In this document: piece by piece, positions 26,850-37,402 of the stretch
How the letters are laid out: each line of letters begins with the position of its first letter
Numbering within the stretch: position 1 is the first letter of the stretch
From: Parvularia atlantis
Lineage: Eukaryota
Direction of reading: 5' to 3'
Assembly (NCBI GenBank): GCA_943704415.1
Contig: CALSCO010000418.1
Coordinates: forward strand, 1 to 38,909
DNA length: 38,909 nucleotides
Position numbers and translations under genes: made by a program
The notes under the pieces: model-generated
Databases searched by the model: none
What the model was told of the DNA's origin: nothing
What the model saw: the letters and a program-made list of their open reading frames with translations, nothing else

Positions 26850-27262
26850 CGTGTTGCTGTGCCCGGCCCGAGTACACAATGTCGTTCATGCACCGCTGAT
26901 CGTTCAGCGGGGAACACAGCGGTGGCAGGGGCGGTACTCGGGCGGCGGCGCGGCTCGTGTCGACTTGGAGCTGCGAGGTGAAATTGTGCGCGTGCCGCGG
27001 CTGTGCACTTGCTGACCGCTCGATGCTGCTGCATCGCAGGCGCGAGACGTGCGGTAATGCGTGCGGTCGGCGTGCTGGGGGCGCGATGGGCTGCGGTGCA
27101 TTGCGGCGCCGCGGCCCGGCGGGTGCACAACAGCGAGCGGACTGACGGTGTCATGATGTCCATCAGCCGCTCGAAGGTCGCGCTGTCACTTTCTCGACAC
27201 TCGACCATCATCCGCTGCGCCGCCTCCGCAAGCCCAGCCGCTGCGCCTACCGCGCCGCGAGG

Positions 27263-30200
27263 ATGGAGGCGTTCGTCATGTCGTACCTGAAGGACACGTT
27301 CGACGTGTGGCTGAAGAACTTTGACCCGAAGCGCGACATGACCGTGCGCACGATCAAGGGCGAGGCGACGATCCACAACATGCGTTGCGTCGGGCGATGC
27401 CGTCACAGCGCCCGCGCGGCCCGCTGACGGCGGCGACGGCGGCAGAGCTCAACGACGAGGTCATCCGCGAGCTGGTCGGCTTCGAGTCGCTCGAGGTGAC
27501 GCGGCTGAACGTCTCCAGCTGCCTGATCAACGTGCGCGGGCCGCGATGCGCGCGACGTCGTTGATGCTGACACGCATCGCAGGTCAGCCCGACCAAGATC
27601 ATGACCGTGCCCACCGTGGTCGAGCTGGGCGACGTCGACATCGTGCTGACGGTGCGCCGGCCGGCGCGGCAGCAGGCATCGCGGCTGACGTGCGCGTCCG
27701 CGTGCGCAGGAGCTCGAGACGCCGCGCGCGCTGCCGCAGGTGTACGCGCAGCTGCTAGCGAAGCGGTGCGTGTCTGCGTGGGTGCGGTGGCGCGTGCGTG
27801 ACGTCGCGCGCGTAGGGAGCAGAACGCCAAGCCGGAGAAGGACGAGCAGTACGGCATGAGCGACAAGATCGGTGAGCGGCGCGCACTCGCCGCAGCACGG
27901 CTCACGGCGCGCGATGCGTTGCAGCCGACGGTGTGCGTCTCAGTGCCAAGCACATCCAGATCGTCGTGCGCACGCGGGTGTGCCGCGTGCGCGCCGTCGC
28001 TGTGTGCATGCTCACCCGCGCCTCCGTGCGCAGCCGCTGCGGTCGGCGTACGACACGTCCGAGTGGCCCGTGCCGCTGCTGGTGATCAGCGTGCGCGACT
28101 TTGTGCTGCAGCAGACCGACAGCGAGTGGAACGTGGTCGACCTCAAGAGCGCGCGGCGGCACAACAAGGGCACCGACGCAGTGCACGTCTTCCGCCAAGC
28201 CACGTGCGCGGTGTCGGTGCATCTCGTCCCGTTCCGCAACGACCCGAACGAAGCGGCCGCGGCGCTGCTGCGCGGCGTCAAGCTCGAGTCGTTTGTGTCG
28301 CGGCACGACGCGTCGGGCCAGGTGCGCACCGCGCGTCCGCGCGCGCGCGCGAGAGAGCGAGAGAGAGAGAGAGAGAGAGACGCCGCACTAATGCGCGCAC
28401 AGCCCGGCGCGGTGCTGGGCTCGACCGTGATCATCAAGGATCTGCCGCTCACGCTGCGCTCCATCCTGCACCGGCGCACGCGCGACAAGCTGTCGGTCAA
28501 CGCGCAGCTGGACCTGCTGCTGCCGAAAGTGCAGGTGCGGTCACGGCTGCTTGCACGCATGCTCTCGTGCTGTGCTCACAGCAATCTCGGTGTGCACAGC
28601 TCCGCTTCGCGCCACGAGACCAGGCACTGCTGCAAGACTTTCTCGCCGCGTGGACGCGCATCGCCAGCCGAGCCAACTTGATCGCCGACCAGGCCGCGGC
28701 TGCCAAGGCCAAGCAGGGTGCGTGCCACACCTGCGGTGGAGGCTTGCTGAGTACGCGCGCGCAGCCGCCGCCAGCAAGACCGGCGCCGCGCCAGCGAGCA
28801 AGCCGGTGCGGCCGGCCCCCGCACCGCCGTCGCCAGGACCGCAGGGCAAGTCGCCGCGCGGCGTCGCACCGAACAAGGCGCCAGCACGTCCGGCTCGCGG
28901 TGCGCGCGGCGTTTGCTGGCGTGTGCGGGCTTACTGAGGCGCGTACGCACAGGCGCTAAGCCAGTGCAGCCGCAGATGCTGCGACCGCCGACGCTGACCT
29001 CGACGCTGATTGTCTTCTTCGGCTCAGAGGACCCGAGCAAGGCAAAGCCCGGTGCGTGCGTCTGCGTACGCGCGCACGTCGCATTTTTGCTGAGCTTTAC
29101 GGCGCGCGCAGGTGTGGTGCTGCGCATCTTCATCGCAAAGGTCATCATTGACCTGCACGGCGTGCCGCCGGCGCCGAGCGCGGGGACGTCACGCAGCGAG
29201 CAGCGCCGGCACCCGCTCGTGACGCGCATGGTCGCGCGCGTCGAGCGTATTCACATCACAATGCAGCAGCAGATCTGCCCGCCGCCGCGCAACGACGAGC
29301 TCGGCATGCAGGTTCGTGTCGTTGCCGGGCTGTCTGTGCTGCTGGCTGACCGAGTTGTGCGCGGCGTGCGCAGGTCGACGTCGGGTGGTTCCAGTGCCTC
29401 ACCTACACGGCCGACAACAAGGCCCACCCAAAGGTGCGCGGTGCTGCGTTGCGGGTGTGACCGACACGCGCTACAGCCGCTTGCATTTCCCGCGGCGGAG
29501 CACGAGCCGATCTCGGGATTCCTATCGATCGCGCGCGACATCCACCCGTTCACAAGCAAGGAGGACAACTACGAGCGCTCGACCATGTTCCGTTGCAGCT
29601 ACATCGACCGGATGCCGTGCCCGCCGCCGCCGCTGTACGGCAAGGAGCTGCAGATCCGCCTGCGCCGGCTCGAGGTGTTCCTGCGCGAGGAAGACTTTGA
29701 CTTTCTCTGCGCGTTTGGTACGCCGGCGCTGTTGTGCGGGGTGTCTGCTGAGCTGGTGCGCGCGCAGCACTCACAGCCGAGCGCCTGCGCTACAAGCCTG
29801 CGCCGCCACCGTCCACGTCCGGGCCGGCGTCGCTCGCCGAGAGTCGCCGCGCGTCCAACTGTGCGTCGCGCTCGCACGCGCTTTGCGCACTGCTGAAACG
29901 GGCCTCAGCATCGCTCATTGGACTGCCGCCGTCCGCGCCCGAGGAGCCGCACGCAAGCGCCGCGCGTCCGGATAATGCCGACCCACACGCGGCGAGCGTG
30001 ACAGCGCCGCGCATCCCATCCGTCGCGGCCGTCGCGTCGCCGCCAACACTCGTGACTGCAAGTGCCGCCGCATCGTCGCCGGCTGCGGCCGCCATCGCCT
30101 CGCCAGCCGCCCCACCGCAGCTGCCGCCACGTCGCGAGACGCCGGCCGCCGCGACAGATGCGCCGCCTGCTCTCCCGCCGCGACAGGTGCGCGCGCCCGC

Positions 30201-33200
30201 TGGCGTCCATGGCTGGCGTCTGACACCATGTGCGCGCGCAGCCGCGCAAGCACGACGGTGCGAAGTCTGCATGCAAGGGGCGCGCGCGGTGGCTGACGCG
30301 GCTGCGCAGAGTCGGCCGCGATGTACTACGAGCTTGTGGCCATGGGCTTCGAGCCGGCCGCGTGCAAAAAGGCGCTGTATGAGACCGTCGACGTGGCCGT
30401 GCGCGCCCTGCGCGTGCTCTGTGTGCATTACGCTGACGGGCACGCGCACGCAGCCCCACCAGCGACTCGAGGCGGCCATCACGTGGATTCTCGACCACGA
30501 CGACGAGCCGCCCGCGCCCGAGGTGCTGCAGCCCCCGTCGCCGCGACGAGACGCTGGCGACAGCCGCGACGCAACCGTGACCACGCCTTCCGTCTCGCCG
30601 TCCGCTCGGGCGAGCGCTGCGCCGGCGTCTGCGCCCGTCGATGCGCCGTCGGCCGCGCCGGTCACGGCGCCCAGCCCGGCACCGATGTCCGCGACGCAGA
30701 CTGCCAGCCGCGCCGAGGGCGTGCATATTGCCCCGAGCCAGTCCAACGAGTCGCTGTCGTCCATATCGACCGTCGACAGCAGTGCGACGGCTGCGCGCAC
30801 GGCCGCGCTTGCAAGCGACGCAGGTGCGTGCGCCGGTGCATCGACACGCCTGCATCGCTGACAGAGCCGGACAGCGTCCGCGGCCGACCAGGTGACGCGC
30901 GACCAGGAGGAGGCCGAGTACGCCGCGATGCTGCTGCAGGCGGCCACCGCGCCGTACAACTCGTTCAGGTGCGTGCAGATGTACAAGCCTTGCCCCGCAG
31001 CTGAGCAGCGCGCAGTTGCATGGTCGACGTCAACGGGCCAACGGTGCACGTGTTCCCGCGCGCGTTCAACGCCCCCGTGTTTACGATCCGCCTGTCCAAG
31101 GCACGCACTGCTGCGCCCGCTGCAGGGCTGGCGCGCGCGCTGACTCTCCTTGCTCAGATTGTGTGCGCAGGCCACGGCGACCTGCCGCTGCCCGTCTTTG
31201 CGCTGCACACGTCGGGCACGCCCTCGTCCGCCGATCCGAACAACAAAGGCCAGAAGGGTGCGCGGGCCACGGCCGGCTGCGCTGCGGTGTGTGACACGAC
31301 GCGCGCGCCCGGCACAGAGTACTTCACAAAGGCGCCGCGGCCGACCGTGTTCCCGGACGTGCCGGCCGACTACGTGGGCGAGCGCATCCGCGTGGGCCTC
31401 GGGTGCGGTGGCCTGCGCGTCTGCATCGCGCGCTGACCAGCCGCATGTGCGCGCGCGAGCAGCAAGCAAGCGACGAAGCTGGAGGTGTTCATCCTGCCGT
31501 TCTCGATGCTCCTGCTGGGCGGGCTGCGCGTGTCTCCCGGTGACGACGACGAAGGCGCGGGCTACAACCCGACGGTGCGTCGTCGGCGAGCGTGCCCGGG
31601 CTGCTGCTGCTGACGCGCACGGCGCAGGAGGACACATCGCGCCCGAGTGTGGTGACCTCGTCGCACGCCACGCCGATCGCCAAGTTTGGCGAGACGCAGA
31701 TTGGTGCGGGGCAGCAGCCGAATCAGCAGGCCGGTGGCTGACGCGTGCACACACGCAGGGATCAGCTGGGACGACACGGCGTCGCCGCAGCTGATGGTGT
31801 CGGTCATGACCAACAAGATCGAGTGCGCGCATGCGGCTGCGCGCTCGGTGCCCCTCACGTCGGGTCGCGGCGCAGGATCCCGCTCGCGCAGGACATGCTG
31901 CACTTCCTGTACCTGATCGCGGAGGAGTACAGCACAAGCGGCGCGGCCGACTTTTACAACTCGCTCATGCAGATGGACAGCGACTTCCAGTGGACGGACC
32001 TGCTGCGGTATGTCTGTGCGCGCGCGTGCCTGTGAGCGGCAGCCAACCAGCTGGCTGCGGTGCAGGTACCTGCCGAACCCGACCGGTGAGCCGCTGCCGG
32101 ACCGCATCAGCGGCTACACGGTCATCCCGCTGCTGCCCACGTGTGTGCGGTCCTGGCGCGGGCAGTCAGGCGCTGACGCTGGCGCCCGCAGCTACGCTGT
32201 CGGCCTACTGTGGAAGAACCTGACGCTCACGCTCAACCAGAACGGCAGCGAGGTGGCCAAGGTGCATCATGCACTGCGCCGGCTCGTGTGTCTCGAGACT
32301 GATGTTTGCTGTCCGCGCAGGCTGTGCTGCTGGACACGTCGCTCGTGATGGAGCACCAGGTACGGACGACGCACATGGTCGTCGGCAAGTTTTTTGTGCG
32401 CGACGCGAGTGTGCGTGCAGGCGCTGCGCCGTGCGATGCGCGCAGGCCTGAGATGCGCGTACGTGCGCGCAGATGTCGGCCGTGCCGCGCGGCATGGTTG
32501 TCGAGCGGCGGCAGAGTGACGGCGGCCTGCTCATCGCGGCGCGCGTGGAGGACGAGGTGCGCGAGGCCATGAAGCTGTCGGAGCGCCGCATGCGCCTGCT
32601 CCAACAGCAGCAGCAGCAACAACAGCAGGGCGACGCGGTGTGCACGCAGCGAGCACGAATGCCTGCATGTCTGACGTGCAAGCGCGCACTCAGGCTGCTG
32701 CCGGGCCGGTCAACGCGACGGTGACGCGCGCCGTTGACCGCCTGGGCGACCTCGAGCGCGCCGCACAGGCCGCGCTGGATGCCGAGCGTGCCAACAGGGT
32801 CCGCTTGCGGCGTGCGTGCGACTGGGCGCTCGCTCACCAGCAGCCGCGCGCGCAGCTGTCGACCACCTTTGCGCTCCTGCGCGACTACGTCCAGAACCGG
32901 CAGCTCTTCCGCAAGAACGGCTTCCACGTGCAGCTGGGCGTGGTGGATCTGATCCTCAACATGTGCGTCGGCTGCGTGCGCGTATTTGTGCACTCCGCGC
33001 TAACGCGCGGCGGCGCAGCGAGCTGTTTGCAACCCTCGCGACGTTCTTCACAGCCGACGCCACGCCCGCCACACGGCGCAAGTTTGAGACGCTGCGGTGC
33101 GCGCCGGCGCGGTACAGCTTCAGCAGCACGCTGACTGACGTACACCGCCACGCACCTGGCAGGCTGTCGGGCGAGGCGAGCGCGCACGCGATGCAGCAGC

Positions 33201-34131
33201 TGGCGCTCCTCGCGCAGCGCGGGCGGTACTACACGAAAGCGTGCGTGGGCCGGTGTGCGCTACCGCCGCCGCGTGCCTGAACGTGCACGCAGCGAGACCG
33301 AGAGCGACGTCAAGCAAGGCCTGTACGGTGTGCCGCCTGCGCCGTCCGACGCGCTCGCCCGCAAGAGCGCCGACACGCCGACTGCTACCAGCGCGACCGC
33401 GGCGACGCCAGCAGCGACGTCGAGCAAGGTGCGCGCGCGCGTGTTGCGTTGCCGCAACTGACCCGCTCGTCAGCCGCGCGAGCCCGTGTACAGCGTGCCG
33501 GCCAAGGACGCACCACCGCCGCGTGACACGGCCGTGCCCGCGCACAAGGCCGCGCTGCAGGCGCTCGACCGGCTGTCGGCGATGCTCGCGGTGCTGCAGG
33601 ATGTCGGTGCGTGCACCTGCGCAGACTGCCACAGCAGGCTGAAACGGCGACTCAGCGCGCGACATGGACCGCGAGCAGATGGCCGTGGGCGAGCCAGTGC
33701 TGGCGACGACCGTGTACGGTGCCAAGGCGCCGCCCGGTGCGAGCGCGCGCGCGCACGGCTTTGGCGCAGTATGCTCATGTGTGCTCGCTTGCGCAGGCAA
33801 GATGATCGTGCCGATGTCGTCGCTGCCGAACGAGCTGCGGCGGCGCGGCAACGAGCGGCTGCTGGCGCAGTGGCAGGCGCTGCACCGGTCGCTCGCGGAT
33901 GCGCTGCGCGAGCAGGACCAGGTGCGCCCGTGCCGCACGCCGAGGCGCGCACATCGGCGGGCTGAACCGCGCGCGCAGCTCAAACGGCTCGTTGCGCTCG
34001 AGTGGCCGGGCGAGTTTTCGGCGCCGGCGGACGATGAGCAGTTTGACGACGCGGACGTGCCGCTGCAGGAGGCGCTGCCGGCCGTCGCGACGCTCGACAT
34101 CGCAAGCCTGTCTGCGCCGGGCAACAGTTAG
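27263..34131 (+). CDS. Bridge-like lipid transfer protein, BLTP3/UHRF1BP1-like (Chorein-N) with an internal UBA domain, about 38 introns
   Basis: N-terminus MEAFVMSYLKDTFDVWLKNFDP...TIKGEATIHNMQLNDEVIREL...EQYGMSDKIADGV...TDSEWNVVDLKSAR parallels the recalled UHRF1BP1 N-terminus. The frame traces to TAG 34129-34131. UBA: LVAMGFEPAACKKAL...LEAAITWILDH. Confidence 0.75.
28351..28380. repeat. (GA)n microsatellite preceded by a (GC)n run inside a BLTP3 intron
   Basis: Directly visible in the sequence. Confidence 0.9.
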
Positions 34132-34355
34132 ACATTTAACCGTGAGTGGTGCAGCGCGGTGGGTGACTCACAAACAGGGAACGTCTCACCGGGTGCGGCT
34201 CGGACGCGGCTCGGGCAACGCGCACGGCAGGATGCCAAACACGGGCGCAATCAGCCAGAGGCAGGCGTGGCTGCCGCTCGTCTAGCACAACGCCCAGGCA
34301 GGTTGCGCCGTTGAAGCAGTTGGCTGCGCAGGAGTGACGCGCGGAACTGTCTCCA

Positions 34356-35351
34356 TCACACACGCGCGCGTTTGCTGCGCCGCAATGGCGTCACACCGTC
34401 GGCCGTGGCAGGGGCGGAGGCGGCAGCGGCGGGCGGGCCCGTGCTGGCTGCGCGTGCCGGGCGCTTGGCTGGCGGCGCGGGCGTCGTGTCCAAGTCGATG
34501 ATCGTCGTCGTCGCGGCCTTCTTAAGCTGGCGCGGCATGGCGGGCGCGGGCGCGACGAGCGCGGCGGTGGCGGGCCCGGGCGCGTCCTTGACCCGCCACA
34601 TCAGCCACGCGCCGACGGAGCGGTACGGGCGCCACGGCTCGGCCAGCTGGAGCATGTGCTCGCGCGAGGGCAGCTGGCGCAGGCCAAAGTGCTCCATCAT
34701 GCCCTTCTGCACACCCAGGTCGCCGAGTGGGAGGATGTCGGGCCGGTTGAGCTGGAAGATGAGAAACATGTCGACGGTCCACTGCAGCCAGCGCGCATCA
34801 GCAAGACGCGCGCTTGTTCGCGGTCTGCGCACCTGCCCGATGCCGCGCACGGCCACCAGCTGCGCCGCGATCTCCTCGTCGCTCATCTCCGCCAGCCGGT
34901 CCAGCGCCAGCCGCCCGTCGACCACGCGCGCCGCCAGGTCCTGCAGGTACGACGCCTGGGCGACGGCCGCGTTTCGCTCAGCGGGTGGCGCCACTCGTCG
35001 CGCGGCGCACCTTGCGCTCCGACAGCCCGGCCGAGCGCAGCCGCTCCATCGGCGCGGCGACGACGGCAGCGGGCGTGGGGAAGGCGCCGGTGCTGAAGAG
35101 CGCCACGAAGCGGTCAAAGATCGTCTGCGCGGCCTTGCCGGCGAGCTGCTGGAACACGATCGTGCGGCACAGGCTCTGGAAGAGCGTCCCGCGCTCGTCC
35201 CGCAGCGTCTGCGCGCACGCACATCGCCACAATCAGCACCGCGCCGAGCAGCCGCCCGCAGTGCGCGCACGCGAAAGTCGTCCGGCGGCGGGTGGGCGAG
35301 CAGCAGCCGCGCCATCCTCTGATCGCGCGCTAGATGCTTCGCAGCTGCCAT
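34356..35351 (-). CDS. DNA-3-methyladenine glycosylase II (AlkA/MAG1, HhH-GPD), 3 introns
   Basis: FQSLCRTIVFQQLAGKAA, FPTP, LRSAGLSERK|ASYL, HhH LVAVRGIGQ|WTVDMFLIF, DILPLGDLGV, WRPYRSVGAWLMW; basic NLS-like tail. Confidence 0.92.
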   Translation of the reverse strand: MAAAKHLARDQRMARLLLAHPPPDDFRVRALRAAARRGADCGDVRARRRCGTSAGRSSRACAARSCSSSSPARPRRRSLTASWRSSAPAPSPRPLPSSPRRWSGCARPGCRSARCAARRVAPPAERNAAVAQASYLQDLAARVVDGRLALDRLAEMSDEEIAAQLVAVRGIGQVRRPRTSARLADARWLQWTVDMFLIFQLNRPDILPLGDLGVQKGMMEHFGLRQLPSREHMLQLAEPWRPYRSVGAWLMWRVKDAPGPATAALVAPAPAMPRQLKKAATTTIIDLDTTPAPPAKRPARAASTGPPAAAASAPATADGVTPLRRSKRARV

Positions 35352-35371
35352 TCATCACTTATCTGCGACGT

Positions 35372-37371
35372 ATGGATCCGCACGACGCCGCGGCGCTTCT
35401 GCAGCGGCTCGCGTTCGCCGAGGCGCGGCGTGACGCGCTGGCGCAGCAGCTGCAGGAGGCGTACGACCAGGTGCGGTGCATCCGTGCGGATGCGGCCGGA
35501 TCGCTGATCGCCGGGCCGCGGCGACCAGATCGAGCGGCAGAAGGGCGATCACGACCGGGCGCACGCGCGGCTGCAGCAGAACGAGGCGGACCTGGCCAAG
35601 CTGCGCAAGGCGCTCAACGAGCTCGCGCACGCATCGCAGCGCGCGCACGAGACTGAGCTCAGCACCGTGCGCGACGAGTTTACGCGCCAGCGCGCGTCGA
35701 TGGCCGATGACCTGGCCAGGCTCGAGCTCGCCCTGGACGACGCCGAGGCACGTCCGCGCGCTCTGTACCCCGCGGGGGACCTGATGCTGCGTGCCCGCGC
35801 GCGCAGATCCGCCTTGCCGACACCATCGCGCAGCGCGAGTGTGTGCTGCGCTGTCTGAACGCGCGCTCGTGCTGAACAGCAACACGCGCGACAGCGGCCT
35901 GCGCGACGAGCTCGACAGGCTCCGCGCCGACTACGCCGACGCGCTCGACGAGCTGCGAGAGACGCGCGCTGCCAACAAGCGGCTCGCGGGCGACCTGGGC
36001 GCGGTCGAGGTACGCGCTTCCTCCCGCGCATTGTCACCGCTGATCATGTCGCGCAGAACGAGCGACAGCGCCTCTCTGATGCGCTCGAGCACCTCACAAA
36101 GGAGCACGAGAAGCTGCAAGTGCGCGTGGAGTGGCCGCGCAGCGCCGCAGCAGCTGATGCGCGGCCAGCAGAAGTCGAACCGGCGGCTGCGGCACGACCT
36201 GAACGCGGCCGAGACCGACAACCGTGCGCTGCGCGAGGCCAACGCAGCCGCGGCCGAGGCGCAAGAGGCGATGCGGCTCGAGCGCGACCACCTCAAGCAG
36301 CGCACGGCCGAACAGCAGACGCAGCTGGAGCACTACCAGCAGACGGCCGAGAAGCTGCACGCGCAGCTGACGCGGGAGCGCGCAACGTGGACCGTCTCGA
36401 CGCAGACAACGGCGGTGCACGCTTGCCCAGCACTGCGCGCGCGCACGCTCGCTGACACGTCTGCACTCAGACCGCGCATCAGAAGAAGCTCACCGAGGTG
36501 CAGCAGGCGCTGGCCAACGCGTTGCGCGAGCTCGACCAGCTCAAGGCGACCGCGGGCAAGCGCGAGGCCGCCCTGTGCGTGCGTGTGTGCGTGCGCACTG
36601 CGACTGCCTGCTAACTGCGCCGCGCGCAAGGGTCGAGCAGAGCCAGACGTCGATGGAGCGCTTCAAGAACGCCGCGTCCGAGGAATACTCAACACTGATG
36701 CGGCGCTTGCACGAGCTCGAGCAGGCGCGCACGCAGGCGCAGCAGGAGCGGGACAAGGCGCAGCGCGAGCTGCAGGACGAGCGCACGCGGCTGCAGGCGG
36801 CTGCGGCGGACGAGGTGTGCTGCCACCCCCGTCTGCTGGCTCTCGCTGAGCGAAGGGCACAGACGCAGCGGCACCACGAAGATCTGGCGCATCTGCAGGC
36901 CGAACGCGACGAGGCACTGGCGCGGCTCGAGCAGCTGGCGCAGGTGTGTGCGCAGCAACCCGCAGCCGTCGACCGGGTGTGCTCAACGCCGCGCAGGAGT
37001 CACAGAAGCAGCAGCAGCGCCTCGCCAGGCAGGTCAAGGCGCTCAAGGGCGATCTACGCGACACGCGCGAGGGCGTGACGGACCGCGACCGCGAGGTCGA
37101 GGCCGAGCTGGCGGACGCGCAGCGCGCGCTGCAGCTCGAGCGCGAGCGCAACGTCGTGCACCTGCGCCACATGCAGCAGCTGCTGCACAAGGAGGAGGGC
37201 CTCATGAGCGACAACCGGCGGCTCGAGCGCGAGTGCGAGCAGCTGTGCTTGCGTCTGCGCGAGCTCGGCGTGCAGGACAAGGGCGTCGGGACCGAGGTCG
37301 ACGGCACGGGCACGTCGCCGCCACGCGCCAACGGCCACCACCGGCCGCGCAAGCGCGAGGGCGACGCGTGA
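35372..37371 (+). CDS. Uncharacterised long coiled-coil protein, about 9-10 introns
   Basis: E/Q/R/L/A-rich heptad sequence across spliced exons from ATG 35372 to TGA 37369-37371. No family recognised. Confidence 0.7.
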
Positions 37372-37402
37372 GCAGTGCAATTTCTGTACGTACTCAGCGC
37401 AG

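Noticed and set aside
29790..31937. 715-aa minus-strand ORF and many similar long Arg/Ala-rich ORFs
   Set aside because: They are antisense to well-supported spliced genes. Stops are rare at this GC content and the translations contain no recognisable motifs.
34132..34355. Possible small ORF or ncRNA in the 224-bp BLTP3-AlkA spacer (GTGAGT...ACTCAC inverted repeat)
   Set aside because: No recognisable RNA family or protein motif. It is consistent with convergent 3' UTRs.
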